From Podarcis vaucheri (lineage: Eukaryota), in NCBI GenBank assembly GCA_965113315.1, contig OZ220364.1: a stretch of 64,000 nt of DNA. One strand, written 5' to 3'. Positions 51,657 through 64,000 of the stretch are shown one piece after another (the first letter of the stretch is position 1; each line of letters begins with the position of its first letter). The notes beneath the pieces were generated by a model. The model saw only the letters and a program-made list of their open reading frames with translations, searched no databases and was not told the DNA's origin. The translations under genes were made by a program, and so were the position numbers.

Positions 51657-52540
51657 GTGGGTTACTAAAAACGGGAAGTGGTGATACTTTTCTTTCTATG
51701 CTCTAAACAAAATGTGAGGAGGGCAGTGGGATGATTGTGCAGTAGATTTTCTTGTAATCTTGAAGCAGTCGAAACCTAATTGAAGATTACCTCCATGGTG
51801 TTATTCCTTTCCACCGTATCTTGTCAAAAAGGTTATTATTGTTAATGTGTTAATGCATTTTCCATGTGTGTATATCTTTTTATATCAGAAGGATTCTGAG
51901 GCTTGTAGACTCTGTCCAAATATAGCATCTCAGCTTTTTTGTTGATATTAGGCTGTGGACAAGGTAAGGGAGATAATTTTTGCTTCAGTCTTTAGCTCTT
52001 AAAGGCAGCAAAATTATGGAGCAGCGAACAGAACGGTAAGGAGCACTTGTGAGTATTTGCAAATGTCCATGTCATATGGACGCCCTTGGGGGAAGGCAGT
52101 TAAGGACAGTGAATAAAATGGGAAATGCTGAATACCTTTCACGTTCTTTGTAGAAACTTGCTTCTATGCAAATGTTTGGAAGATAGCACCCTTAGTAAAG
52201 CGCAGGAGTATAGCACTTTCTTTTCTTTTTTTGCTCCATCTTCAACTGCTTACAAATTATGTGACAGTTTATTTTATGATCTGGTCAGCCACAAGCTCTA
52301 CCCCGTAGCAATGGGGAAATGCAAAACTGTTAAAGTAGGGTGGGGTGGGGGTGGGGAATGCACATAAGACTATGGTAATATTGTGATACGAGCAGTGAAT
52401 GAAAAGCAACTTATGATACAAGCCGGATGAAAATGCCACTTGAGTACAATCCATCTGGAACACCATTTATAGCAGCTATGTGAGAGGTTGCTGCTTCTTT
52501 CCTGTTCTGATTCGTTAAACTCTTCTCTGTTAGCCTAAGC

Positions 52541-52897
52541 CAGGGCTGGGGAACCCCTTTCAGGACAAGGGTCACATTCCCACCTGGGCAGCCTGCTGTG
52601 GGGCAGGGGACACGTGCCAGCGGTGGGAGGGGACAGTTGCAAAAGTGGGTGAAGCAACAAATGCAATTTTTACCTTTGTACAGTGGGACTCATTTCTACA
52701 CACAGCCCTTGCTATCCTCCGTCCAGGAAACCAAGAGGCATTGTCATAGTTCAAAGACATATTCCAACAAAGGGAAAACCCTTAAGGGGGATCTGAAATA
52801 GTGCTGGTGGAGGGTATGGTCTTGAGAGAGTTCTAGGGAGAGAGGGCTGGAGGGCAGTGTTTTGCCCTTAACCGTCTGGTGAGGTTCCCTACCACTG
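52541..52897. mobile_element. Non-autonomous hAT element
   Basis: TIRs CAGGGCTGGGGAACC / GGTTCCCTACCACTG, perfect 8-bp TSD GCCTAAGC. Confidence 0.85.
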
Positions 52898-53343
52898 GCC
52901 TAAGCAGAGTGCACTGGAAGACATAATTGGCCACAGCAAGAAAAACCCTAAGAGGTATTGGGAGGGAGCATAGTGCTATCCACCAAAAAGCCTGGGATCC
53001 GTAAACCACTGAACTGATCTTGAAATGTATCTTGTGTGTATATTAGTCTGCTGGGATCTACAACGGGTGATGCTCAAAACTGGGACTGTATATATGTAAT
53101 GCTCTGTTGTTTTTGTTTAAAAGAACTGATTGCGTTTTTATTCACTTTTGTGCCAAAATGTTGTGATATGGTATTGAACAGTGTAGGTGCATTCAATGGC
53201 TAGCATTTATGAGCGGATTATTTTAAAGAGACGTCTATTGTTGTCACATTGTGGGGGTTGCATAGTCTGTATTAGCTTTAGATAAATGGCCGGTGCTGGT
53301 GCAAAATGCAGCCTTCTAATGGGCCTTTTCATGTTTTCTTTAG

Positions 53344-53447
53344 GTCTGGATAGATGCTGGGACGCAAATCTTCTTCTCCTATGCAATCTGCTTAGGTGCA
53401 ATGACTTCCTTGGGGAGCTACAATAAATACAAATACAACTGCTATAG
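53344..53447 (+). CDS. SLC6A6: SLC6A6 coding exon 6 (TM6), followed by a GC donor
   Basis: ttctttag|GTCTGG...TATAG|gcaagt; 104 nt; [34 protein letters not shown](R). Confidence 0.96.
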
Positions 53448-53555
53448 GCAAGTTTCCTACCAAAGGGGTTTAGTACATGTTAGCTAATTGATGTGTAGGG
53501 AACCATGGGTTCAATTTTTTTCTCCAATTAACTTCCTCCATGACATATGTGTGAC

Positions 53556-53687
53556 NNNNNNNNNNNNNNNNNNNNNNNNNNNNNNNNNNNNNNNNNNNNN
53601 NNNNNNNNNNNNNNNNNNNNNNNNNNNNNNNNNNNNNNNNNNNNNNNNNNNNNNNNNNNNNNNNNNNNNNNNNNNNNNNNNNNNNNN
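53556..53687. other. Assembly gap (132 N), probably containing SLC6A6 coding exon 7
   Basis: Run of N. The expected TM7 exon (RDC..[28 protein letters not shown].DVAES) was not found by eye between 53448 and 56963. Confidence 0.85.
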
Positions 53688-56600
53688 CGATGGTGTCGGT
53701 GGCAGTGATGGTGGGCACTGCCACCCAGTGTGTGAGCAAAGTAATACAAACCAAATCAACCGCCCCTCCCCCCTCCCCCCAAAAGGAGATATTTTGAAAA
53801 GTAAAATTACTCAGCATTTCAGGAGACAAAGGCTTACTTTATTTCAATGGGTGTGACAGTTCGAAACAAATTGAAAACATGCAGAAACATAAAATGGAAT
53901 TGAGTTTAAAAGAAATGCCCAGAACAGAGTCAAAAATATGCAAGATGCAAACAGTTTATAAATATATGAACCTCTGTGGTCGCTCTCCATTTGCTTCAAT
54001 CAAATTCCTAATAGATATGATCGCTGAAAGCTCCATAGACCCACAGCAAGTGACCTCGAGAGATTATAGCTGTGCTAGGGTATGCCTTGAGTTTTATTGC
54101 ACCATGTATATTTTAGTGAAGGGCCATTGTTTTCCATGACAAGGCTGTATAGAAACTAGAAAGAGAGGAGCCCCCCTTTTTGCACCCTTCCTGCCCTCCC
54201 ATCATATTTTACATTCGTGCATAGAGCACTTCCATATACAGGAAACAGTGGATTGATTCCTACACATATTTCCCTGGGATACATGTGCATTAAAAGAACA
54301 ATATGTCCTTATCTCATTTACTTTCAAACAAAGCATGCATACTTTTCTGGACTTGCCTTGTAAAACCTGAGGAAGCACAGCAACTCAAATTAACTATGCC
54401 TTCGAAGCCCAGACGTGCTAGACCAAATGCTCTTTTCATTGTAGTCTATGTGAACTTACTTAAAACGATAGCACTTAGACTGGCTGGCAGCAATTTCTGC
54501 AACTAGCTAGTAAAAAGGGTATTGTAGAACCCCAGAGGTTTCTGCTGGTCATATCCATTATACACATTTTATTTTTCTCTGAGAGTGCAGGTTTGGCGAG
54601 GTTCAAAACAGCTTGAAAAGGCAAGAAATGTGCATTGGCATTGGATGTAAAGCCGTTAAAAGGCTGTGACTACCCTAATATTAATGCACACCTCAGGCAG
54701 CAGACAAAGGTCACCCATTTGGGTGCTGTGGGGAAAACTTGTACTGTGATTTTGCCGTGCCATATTGTCAAACAGATCGTTTTTTCTTCCTATATTGCCA
54801 TTTTAATAGTGGTGAGGAATGCCAGTGAAGACTGGTATATTCCCTCAAATTTTATTTGGCTAGTTCTTCAAGGCAGGCAGGAAAATGAGGGAGCTGGGAA
54901 TGGCTGTTAACATCCCAATGCAGAGCTTAACCATGTTGATTTCAATTAGCTTAAGCTTGCTTAAGGCTGCAATCCTATGCACACATATCTGAGAGCAAAC
55001 CACACTGAACACAGCAGGCTTTATTTCTTCTGAGTAAGCATGTGCTTGTCAGTCTGTTGAAAGATTGTAGCCATCAGATCTAAATGTTTGATGCCTTAGT
55101 CTTACACAGCACTTTTTAAAATGAAAAAGTGGCTAAGGCTGATGTTAACTTAGACCCACTTAGTTCAGTTGGACTTGCTTCCAAGTACATGTGGGTAGGA
55201 GATCAGCCTAAGTAACTTTATGAGCAGATAAGCAACTGCAGAGATGAGCCCAGGAAACCAGTACTTTTTAGCTCTGTATTCATAGAACAGCTTGAGGTGA
55301 GCATAGTCTCCCCCCTTTTTTTCTTTTAAAAAAGCTAAAGTATTTTCAAGGGGAAGTGGAGGAACTGGATTCAGTTCTATTTCCCTTCCTAAATAACTGA
55401 CTGATGCAATTTTTATTTTTTTAAAATAATGTATTCAGTCCCAGCAGTTGGTTCACAAGAGGGAATAATGTGGATAAGACCCATTTGTACATTTTGTTCC
55501 TTACCCAGCAAGAGATGCTTGTCATGAGCATAACCTTAAATATGCATTTGCCCCAATGCCACCAGTTCAGAGATAAGGGGCTGCACTTAATTTCCATCGA
55601 AATCAAGGGCACGTCTAACTTAAATCTCATTTATTTTAGTGAGTCATGCTCAACTAACTTTTCTGAGGTGAAGACCATAGATTCAGGATTGGGGTGCCAA
55701 CATTTTTTCATTTTGCTGTACTGATCTGCCTTTCCATTCAGTTTAATGGCATGGAAAATGGAAGGTAGCAGAGGCATTCAGTGGTGAGTGACAAGGACTA
55801 ATCTGTGGAGAGAATTCTTCTGCTGTACTTTGTAACAGATAAAAGAAGAAAAACAAAGTAGAGCTATAAACTGGAATGCCAGTGTATTTTCTTTAAACAA
55901 AAGCTTGTATGAAAAGTGTTGATGTAATATTTTCAGTCATCTTTAAAACTACCCAAATACGTTAAACATAAACAATAGCGCTTCTTGGCTTTTTCATCCC
56001 TATATGATTCTTTATTGCACCTGAATAAGTGTCACCAATATAAACTGAAAGCTCATCTCATTGTAGTGCATGACTGTCACGTGCCATGGAAATGAGCTTG
56101 GTTTTGGCTTCGAGTGGCTCATCCACAGTGCAAATATGGAATAATCTACCAATGATTATTAACAATACTAGTTGAGGGACATTGGCCTTATTTCAGCCAG
56201 CAGGCTTTCAGAATGAAAAAACAGCAGCTATTGCTTTGTATCTTAAAAGAATACTGCCTACTGATAGCAGCAAATTGATTCATTATAGACATTGTGTAAG
56301 CCATTAACACAATGCAGCTACCAACCTCCGTCCCAGAGGAAGGGACGGAGGATTGATTATTTAGATAGTCGAAGTCAGTTTTTCCACTTCATTTGTTGTG
56401 GTATAGAAATGCTTTTTGTTGGCATTGATAGAACTGTGGAGGGGTATAACAGCTCCAAATCTGGCCTGTGGAGCACAAATCCCAAACCCTTGAAAGATAT
56501 TTTGTTGGTTTTATTTGCCCAAGGAGGGGCTGGGGGTTGCGAAAACAAAGAGAACATGTATGGCATTTCCCCCCTCCTCTGTAAAGGAGCACAGGAACCG

Positions 56601-56963
56601 GTCATCCTATAACTATGTCTCATTTACACCATAAGCCCAGCTGCTCATCTTCTATCTTACTCACTTTCTGCATGATGCGTGTAGAGTTTGACCTATTCTT
56701 GGCATGTTGAGGCAGATGCTGAGACTGAAAGTGGATAAATAATGGCTTTTGAATTTGATAATTGGAGTTCCTGTTCTAGCAATGCATGCTTCTTTGTCAG
56801 ATAAAGGATCCAAGTGAATTCCCTTCTGGAATCTTCAGTTGGGTTTTGGTTTATCTGAATCAAATCAAGCATCTGTTCTGGAGAGGCAGAGGGGGTCTTG
56901 CCTTTGAGAATGAGCTGCTTACTTATTATATCTTCTCCTCTTTCTCTCCCTTTATTCCTTTAG

Positions 56964-57076
56964 GTCCAGGCCTGGCCTTTATTGCGTATCCGAAAGCTGT
57001 GTCCATGATGCCACTCCCAACTTTTTGGGCTATTCTTTTTTTTATTATGCTTCTGTTGCTTGGCCTGGACAGCCAG
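56964..57076 (+). CDS. SLC6A6: SLC6A6 coding exon 8
   Basis: cctttag|GTCCAGGC...AGCCAG|gtgagt; 113 nt; [38 protein letters not shown]. Confidence 0.97.
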
Positions 57077-58514
57077 GTGAGTAACCATAGCAACAAACAC
57101 AGCATCCATACTGTATGATGGAAAATTTAACAATGTAATTGGGTTTGTTGCATTTTCTGCTCTGGGGCAAATGCATCATAAATGTTGCAGAAATGGATTG
57201 CTTCATTCTCTAGCAGAGAAAGGGTAACAGCTGTTAATCAGTGTTAGCCTATGCACTGTTTTGAAGTGTATGAAGTGGCTAATTAAGTTATTCAGGAAGT
57301 TTTCAGCTAAATAAGAAAGGGACAAAGCCATCCTTGGGATGTGGGGTTGAGTACCCTTGCAAGTCCTGCCTTTCATAAGGTCTCTTACAGTTCAGCACCC
57401 TTGAAAACTGAAACCATGGATAAGCTCTCTTTTAAAACAGTTAGACTAAATGTGTAGTACACATTGGTGGTGTTGTTGTTCCTTGAGGAAATGGACGGCT
57501 GCCCCGCCTCCCCAAAGAGACCTATTTATATGACGCAAATAAATCTGTTAATAATTTGTAGGCTATTGCTAGTTGCACAGATGTACCAGGGATTTAGGGG
57601 GTATTTCATTGAGTTGGTTTAAGAATTTAAACTAACAAGGTTCTATTTGTTCCTTGGGAAAGTAGCTTTAACATTAAATAAATCTACTTGACAGGGGCAG
57701 AAAGTTTACTGAATTCAAAACCTCTCATATGAGCAGCGATTAGTGGAGTTTTCCCTCTGGCTGTTACTCACTTGATCTCTTAAATTGGCAAAGCATTCCA
57801 TTTGTTCTAAATGGCTCTTTAGTGCTTAATCTTTGAACTCCAGTGAGTGACTTTTAATCACTTCCAAATTGAATGTTAAAACATGCTTGGTGCTGTGGTT
57901 CTGCAACCAAGTACTTATGTAAATTGAGGGTTGCCTAGTAATTTTAAGTCATTTCTCACTGTGTCGAATAATTAAAACTAATTGGAGCATTTAATGTTTT
58001 GTTTGCTTTTGGAGCGCTGTCAGGCAGGATTTTGGAATGCTAGAATAGCTTAGGAGCAAGCTAGACTATAGTTGTATTGCAACAGAAGAAAAAAAAAACT
58101 TCTGGAAGTGTACTGTATTTTAAGGCCCTGGGTTAAAGAAAGATTTTAATACATTAGCTTGTGAGTTAGCTTTACAGTGCACAGTACTAGTGCAGCTGTT
58201 GCTCGTTAGCAGAAACAAATATGATATGTTATGTGTGTAAAGCAAATTGCTTATATCCCCATGCATAATAAACTGAAAGAAGAAGACAGGGACTTATTTT
58301 TAAATACTCGGGAGGAGGACATTCTAAGTGCAAAACCCCAGCTGGACACCACTCACAGGCTGTAACCTTGACTTGTTGAAAGGTTAAGCAAGTAAATGGA
58401 TTCAGCTTCTCCAGGGAGAGTGCCAGCACTGTTTCCAAGGGATGCCTTTTATGAAAGAATGGAACACATTCATGGCAGTTGTTCAGGGTTCTTTTTTCTT
58501 TCCTTCTCTGCCAG

Positions 58515-58652
58515 TTTGTTGAAGTTGAAGGACAGATCACGTCATTAGTTGATCTGTACCCATCCTTCCTAAGGAAGGGTTACCGACGGGAAATCTTCAT
58601 CGCTATAATATGTTTCGTCAGCTATCTTCTGGGACTATCTATGGTGACTGAA
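58515..58652 (+). CDS. SLC6A6: SLC6A6 coding exon 9
   Basis: ctgccag|TTTGTT...ACTGAA|gtaagt; 138 nt; [46 protein letters not shown]. Confidence 0.97.
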
Positions 58653-59238
58653 GTAAGTGAGACGAGCTGGTGTGGGTTTGCTTGGGTTTTGATTTCATTC
58701 TGTGAAGTCAAATAGTACAGTGCAAGAGGGAAGCAATCACAGTACAATGGCAGAGCACAGGCTTTGCATGTGAAAAGGTGCCAGGTTGATTTCCTGCATC
58801 TCCAGTTAAAATAAAATTGGGAGAGCTTTTCCTTCTGAGAGCTGGTAGCAGTCAGAGCTAACAGTACTGGGCTGGATATACAAATACTTTGGCCTGAGCA
58901 TAGGGGAAATTCCTTGGTACCTAAGAGAGGAGCCTGGCTCTATAAAACGGTTACTCTGTTGCTGTCATTGTTTTTTAAAGCAGAAAGAACAGTTGAGAAC
59001 TGATTTATCCAAATCTTTCATTTCTCTTAAGTTCTCCAGTGGTGTCAATGTAAGGCCATGCCAGTTGTATTATTAGTGCTGCTTTTATCCAGCACTGCAT
59101 TTCCCCCAAGCTTATTCTTATAGAAGAACCTAGATAGCGTGCTCCGTTGTGCTGTAGATCTGGAGTAAACAAAGCTAGATAGATGTGAAACATGTGGGAA
59201 ATGGTGCAGGTTGAAGCCTATCTCATTATATTTGGGGC

Positions 59239-59464
59239 TTCGAAAGCACGTCAAAGTGCAAGGAGATAAATAGGCACTGCTCCGGCGGGAAGGTAAACGG
59301 CGTTTCCGTGTGCTGCTCTGGTTCACCAGAAGTGGCTTAGTCATGCTGGCCACATGACCCAGAAGCCGTACACCGGCTCCCTCGGCCAGTAAAGCGAGAT
59401 GAGCGCCGCAACCCCAGAGTCATCCGCGACTGGGCTTAACTGTCAGGGGTCCCTTTACCTTTAC
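59239..59464 (+). mobile_element. Sauria SINE, 5'-truncated
   Basis: Near-identical to the 3' part of 6544-6895; (ACCTTT)n tail. Confidence 0.9.
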
Positions 59465-59989
59465 AAGAGAGCCTTATAGAAGGTGCTAGAAAATGGAGCA
59501 GAGGAAAATACAGTGCATGAAAGGAAAATATCATGCTAAGAGAAAAGCAGTGTCAGCCCATATATGAGGAAGCTCCTTGGTAAGCATTGCTTCCATATAT
59601 TTTGGTCTTGTTATAGCAATTTCCGTTGAACACCAATTGTTTTCTCCCACCATATTTTTCTTGTGAGAGCCCATCCTAAAATACTATCCTTTAGAAAGGA
59701 AATAGCTCAGTGTTGGAGTAGAATAAGCTAAATGGCTTAATTTTGGTCAATCACAATCTCTTTCAAAAATGCCTTCTATATAAGAAATAAGTGCATGTTC
59801 TGGGGAGGACAACAGCATGTGCTTATAACTCCCCAACAGTTGATTGACAGTTGTATTTGCAATGAGTAATCTTCTCCAGAGTGAGTCATAGATGTGAAGG
59901 ATAGGGATGAAGGTCATCTTGCTTGCCACAGGTTTTCTTTGTGGTTTATTAATAGCACTTGTTTCTTTTTCTCTCTTGCTCTTTTTCAG

Positions 59990-60092
59990 GGTGGCATGTA
60001 TGTGTTTCAACTCTTTGACTACTATGCAGCTAGTGGTGTATGCCTTTTGTGGGTTGCATTCTTTGAATGCATTGCTGTAGCCTGGGTTTATG
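59990..60092 (+). CDS. SLC6A6: SLC6A6 coding exon 10
   Basis: tttttcag|GGTGGC...TATG|gtgagt; 103 nt; [34 protein letters not shown](G). Confidence 0.97.
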
Positions 60093-60321
60093 GTGAGTAA
60101 GTTGTAAATATCTGGCCTGGTATTTTTCCTACAGGAACACCGAAACGTTGCAGGGTCTTGGAAGATTAGGCCGCTGGAGCCCAGGAGTTGGGATTGTGAG
60201 GGAGGCAGAGCTAAAATAGGGGTTGAGCTAAAATAGGGGTCTTAAGTGACAAATATAATTTTTCTTACTTTGCTTCCTGAGATGCAGTCCTTGATAGGGT
60301 GAAAAAAAGGTTGCTATATGA

Positions 60322-60554
60322 CAGGCATGTCCAACAGGTAGATCGTGATCTACTGGAAGATCGTGGGGTGTTCCTCATAGATTTTTGGCCCGTCAGAGAT
60401 ATTATCCTCCCCCCCCAAAAAAAAGCTCAACAACTTTGCCTTTCCCAAGAAAGCTCAACAACTTTTGGCCCATCCAATGACAATGGGTAGATCACTGCCA
60501 GTTTTTTTTATACTGTGAGGAGATCGCAGTCTATTGGGAGTTGGGACGTCCCTG
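60322..60554. mobile_element. Non-autonomous hAT element
   Basis: TIRs CAGGCATGTCCAAC / GTTGGGACGTCCCTG, TSD CTATATG(A/G). Confidence 0.8.
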
Positions 60555-61721
60555 CTATATGGGAACAGAGTTGGTGAATGTGAAGCTAAGAATCACTTTC
60601 CTAATTGAAACAGCATATTGGCTTTCTTAGGAAGTGAGCCTGAGTCCCAGCCTTGAAAAATGAAGTAGTGTCTATAATACACATTACAGTATGAGAGACA
60701 TTGGCTGAATCAAGCTGGATGCAGTGGTTGGTTTGGGGAACTTTCAAAAAGTATCTCCCTTTTCCAAAAGCAAGATTTTCAGGGGGCAGTTGAAAAGGCA
60801 TGGCTGGGCTTATTGAGAGGAAAGTTAATGGGGCTTGGCCACTGTACCAGTGTTACCTTTTGCTATGCTGCTCTGTGACAATGAAAGTGCTGCAGTGCAT
60901 CACAACAGGGAGCATCTGCCCAGATATACTTTGCATGTTCATCTGAGCGCAGATGTTGCCTGTGCTGACACAATTAGAAGTGGTCTGGAACTGCAAAGGG
61001 AAGGCGGTGCAACTTCTGTTGCCTTTGGCACTACATAGCCAACTCTGAATGGGTCTGGTTTGCCATCACTTTTACAATGTGGTGTCTTTTTAGTTGCATC
61101 CCATTGTGAAGGAGAAATCATAAGTTTAAAAAGCTGAAAAAAAATTCCTGGACCAGTAGCAGACTGGGGAAGAATCACTGTTTTAACAGGCACAAAGAAA
61201 GTGTAAGATAGAAGGTGTGGGTTTTTCAGCACTCTTTTCAGGCTTCTTGAAAACACACTTTTTATTTCAAAACTCTGGTGCACATAAGTGTGGGAATCAG
61301 CCCTACTGAGGTCAAAAAAGAACAAATTTCTTTCTGTTCGGTATGATGTTAGTGTTTATGTTAAACATAGCCTGTCTCCCTAGTCCTATCCCTCCCAGCC
61401 TATAAATGGCTGTGGATAATACAATAAAACTATGGTTTGCTGGATTTGCAGCTCATCCCCCTGGAAATCAAGGATATTCATGTTGATATTTTTAGAAACT
61501 TGTTATAATTTCTATTATAATAAAGGTTTGAAATGTATTACTGGTATCTCTGCCCCCCCCCTTGGTACCTGTTTTCTGTGATGGTTTTGTTCTACACTTG
61601 ATTTTGCATTTAATAAAAAAGAATTTTAAAAAAGTGGCATAGCTCCCATTATGAGGTTAGAGCCAAAGCAGGCGTCTCATCCAGGCCAGTAACATTTCCT
61701 TTCCCTTTTGTCGAACTCTAG

Positions 61722-61822
61722 GCGCTGATAATTTTTACGATGCCATTGAAGATATGATTGGTTACAGGCCCGGTCCCTGGATGAAGTGGAGCTGGATTAT
61801 AATCACACCAGTTCTCTGTGTG
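61722..61822 (+). CDS. SLC6A6: SLC6A6 coding exon 11
   Basis: ctctag|GCGCTG...TGTGTG|gtgagt; 101 nt; [34 protein letters not shown] (not in the ORF track). Confidence 0.96.
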
Positions 61823-63346
61823 GTGAGTGCTTGAAACAGCTTGGCTAAAACATGGTTTTGCATTTGTAGTAGACTTTGTTGCTTTATTATTTTACTCCTC
61901 ATCTTCTCCAACAGTAGCTTCATGAATTAAGATACAGAGTTAAAATGTATAATGTGTAAAGGAATTGCTCCCATGTTAAAACATCTCCACTGGCATTCCA
62001 TTTTTTTCCATGGCCACATAAAACTGCTGGACTTTTGCATGTAAAGCCATCAGTTGGGGAACCTAGAAGACCATTTTTCTCCCACGTGAAACTGCATACC
62101 AATTAAGATCTTTTTCAGAGGCCTTCCTGTGGACCACTCTGCTGCAGCTAACAGAAGTGGCTTTTAATGTATTCATAGGGTGCCCAAATGATGAAATTTT
62201 CATCCCACACATCATCACCATCATCATTAATAATAATAATTTCTGTACCGCCCTTCATCTGAGGATCACAGGGTGGAAGGCACCCCCTGCCACTGAAGCT
62301 GCCTGAGCCTCAAGCAACAACAATGAATCCAGAAGCACCCCCAAGCTATGTGCCTGTTTGCCTGGCACTCTATTAATTACCTTTTTTTCTCTAGGCAAAG
62401 TCCATCCTATTGCAAAGGAAGAATAAGGAGTGCACTCCTAAGCACACTCCTGAATCTTCTTTTGCAGCCACTGCTTGAATTCAGAACGTGAAAGCTGAAG
62501 CTGGAGCTGTGAAAAAAGAAGCATGGACGCCCTTAGAGTGTGCTTCTAGTGCCTCTTTTTGCAGTCCCTACTTGAACTTCCAGTCACCTGACTGTACTAC
62601 TCAGCTGTCCAAGTGGCCTGTGGAGGGGTTTTTATCTTACTGGTGGCTGCGTGGAGCTGCATTTTTGCTGCTTTCAGTTTTGTAAGCTGCCTTGAGGGTG
62701 TTTGCAGCAAAAGGCAGGCTATAAATTCTATAAATAAACATGCAGTAAGCAGAACAGTAATCAAGCATTGTTTGAAGGCACTGGAATGTGATGGGCCGTT
62801 GCCATTAGATGGTTCCTCAAGCTATTTCAGTTAAACTTTATATACCTTAGCACACAGGAAGCGTGAGAGAGAAGTGGCTCTATAATACTAGTATTTTGAG
62901 ATGGCTTACTCTGCAGGCTTACCAAGAAGAAAGCCCCACTGAACACAGCAAGATCTGCTTCTGAGTAAACATGAACAAGATTGCACTGCATATTGCACAA
63001 AGCCTAAAAGGTGGAAGCATTCATGTCAAGTGAAAAGAAGTAGGGCAGTGCTATGATGAATACATCAAAGCCTTCTTGTTCTTTTTGGTGTATAGTAGTG
63101 CAGCACAGGAGTAACCAGCACTCCCAGTGGTGTGTCTGTACACGGGGCTTATTTCCCTGTCGCCTCTTTCCCCCACCCCATCATAACACAGCTGCCAGAA
63201 AGCTTGGTGTGCACCCCATCAGCTGCTCCTGGTGTGCAGCATGCTACACTTTTTCACTTTTGGTTGCACAGAATATATATACAACAAAACAACACTTACT
63301 GAATGGGGAAAGGATGCAGAACAAATTTGGCATCCCCTACCCCTGC

Positions 63347-63820
63347 ACCTTGCCAACAAAGGTCCGTATAGTTAAAGCCATGGTTTTCCCAGTAGTGATG
63401 TATGGAAGCGAGAGCTGGACCATAAAGAAGGCTGATCGCCGAAGAATTGATGCTTTTGAATTATGGTGCTGGAGGAGACTCTTGAGAGTCCCATGGACTG
63501 CAAGAAGATCAAACGCATCCATTCCTAAGGAAATTAGCCCTGAGTGCTCACTGGAAGGACAGATCCTGAAGCTGAGGCTCCAATACTTTGGCCACCTCAT
63601 GAGAAGAGAAGACTCCCTGGAAAAGACCCTGATGTTGGGAAAGATTGAGGGCACAAGGAGAAGGGGACGACAGAGGACGAGATGGTTGGACAGTGTTCTC
63701 GAAGCTACAAACATGAGTCTGACCAAACTGCGGGAGGCAGTGGAAGACAGGAGTGCCTGGCGTGCTCTGGTCCATGGGGTCACGAAGAGTCGGACACGAC
63801 TAAACGACTAAACAACAACA
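63347..63820 (+). mobile_element. BovB (RTE-clade LINE) 5'-truncated copy
   Basis: Open C-terminal ORF (KAMVFPVVMYGSESWTIKKADRRRIDAFELWCWRRLLRVPWTARRSN...HGVTKSRTRLND), (CAA)n tail, 8-bp TSD ACCCCTGC at 63339-63346 and 63821-63828. Confidence 0.95.
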
Positions 63821-64000
63821 ACCCCTGCTATTACCAATTATTACCATAATCTCTAGCAGTGTGATTCCAGGGGCAGAGGAAGCGCTAAGGGGGTGTACTT
63901 AATGGAAAGGAAGGAATGAGGTAGATGTTGTTTTCTGAATCTCAAGTTCCAAAAGGGAAGTGGAGAAAGCTTTTAAAATGTCATTTTCTCCCACTCCACA

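Larger units (their letters stand above)
13920..64000 (+). other. SLC6A6: SLC6A6 (taurine transporter) transcription unit, 3' end outside window
   Basis: Ten exons with phase-consistent splice sites translate to TauT ([44 protein letters not shown]..., TM1 [24 protein letters not shown]8 GLDSQFVEVEG with TauT-type E406). The TSS is inferred from the TATA position. Confidence 0.95.

Noticed and set aside
55742-55783. Pseudo-exon (ttccattcag|...|gtgagt) as a substitute for missing exon 7
   Set aside because: 42 nt cannot bridge phase 2 to phase 1 and has no SLC6 similarity
53344-57076. Calling SLC6A6 a pseudogene because exons 6 and 8 are out of frame
   Set aside because: An assembly gap lies between them and all visible exons and splice sites are intact
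63053-63811. 252-aa ORF as a host gene or SLC6A6 exon
   Set aside because: The C-terminal part is BovB; the first ~98 codons are chance read-in from flanking intron
1-64000. CRISPR arrays, prokaryotic operons, rRNA genes
   Set aside because: Vertebrate intron/exon sequence; no regularly spaced repeat-spacer structure or rRNA similarity seen

Overview
Eukaryotic genomic DNA from a squamate reptile, most likely a lacertid lizard (POM-type Sauria SINEs, BovB, CR1, hAT/mariner MITEs). The window holds most of one + strand gene, SLC6A6 (Na+/Cl- dependent taurine transporter, TauT). It includes a CpG-island promoter at ~13.0-14.2 kb with a TonE/NFAT5 site and TATA box, a ~27 kb 5' intronic region with candidate 5' exons, and ten coding exons from the ATG at 41009 to 61822 (codons 1-517). 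The remaining coding exons lie beyond the window. One expected 125-nt coding exon was not found and probably sits in an assembly gap (53556-53687), just after a non-canonical GC splice donor. The rest is intergenic or intronic sequence rich in transposon remnants. The most unusual items are two short, ORF-less, palindromic Penelope-like insertions from two different families (1578-1789 and 39171-39432), each carrying minimal hammerhead ribozyme cores, and a candidate exon (27614-27679) that would add an in-frame 22-aa N-terminal extension to TauT. No prokaryotic systems, CRISPR arrays, rRNA or tRNA genes are supported. Nearly all ORFs in the supplied track are spurious. Comparisons to human TauT and repeat families are from recall, not from searches.
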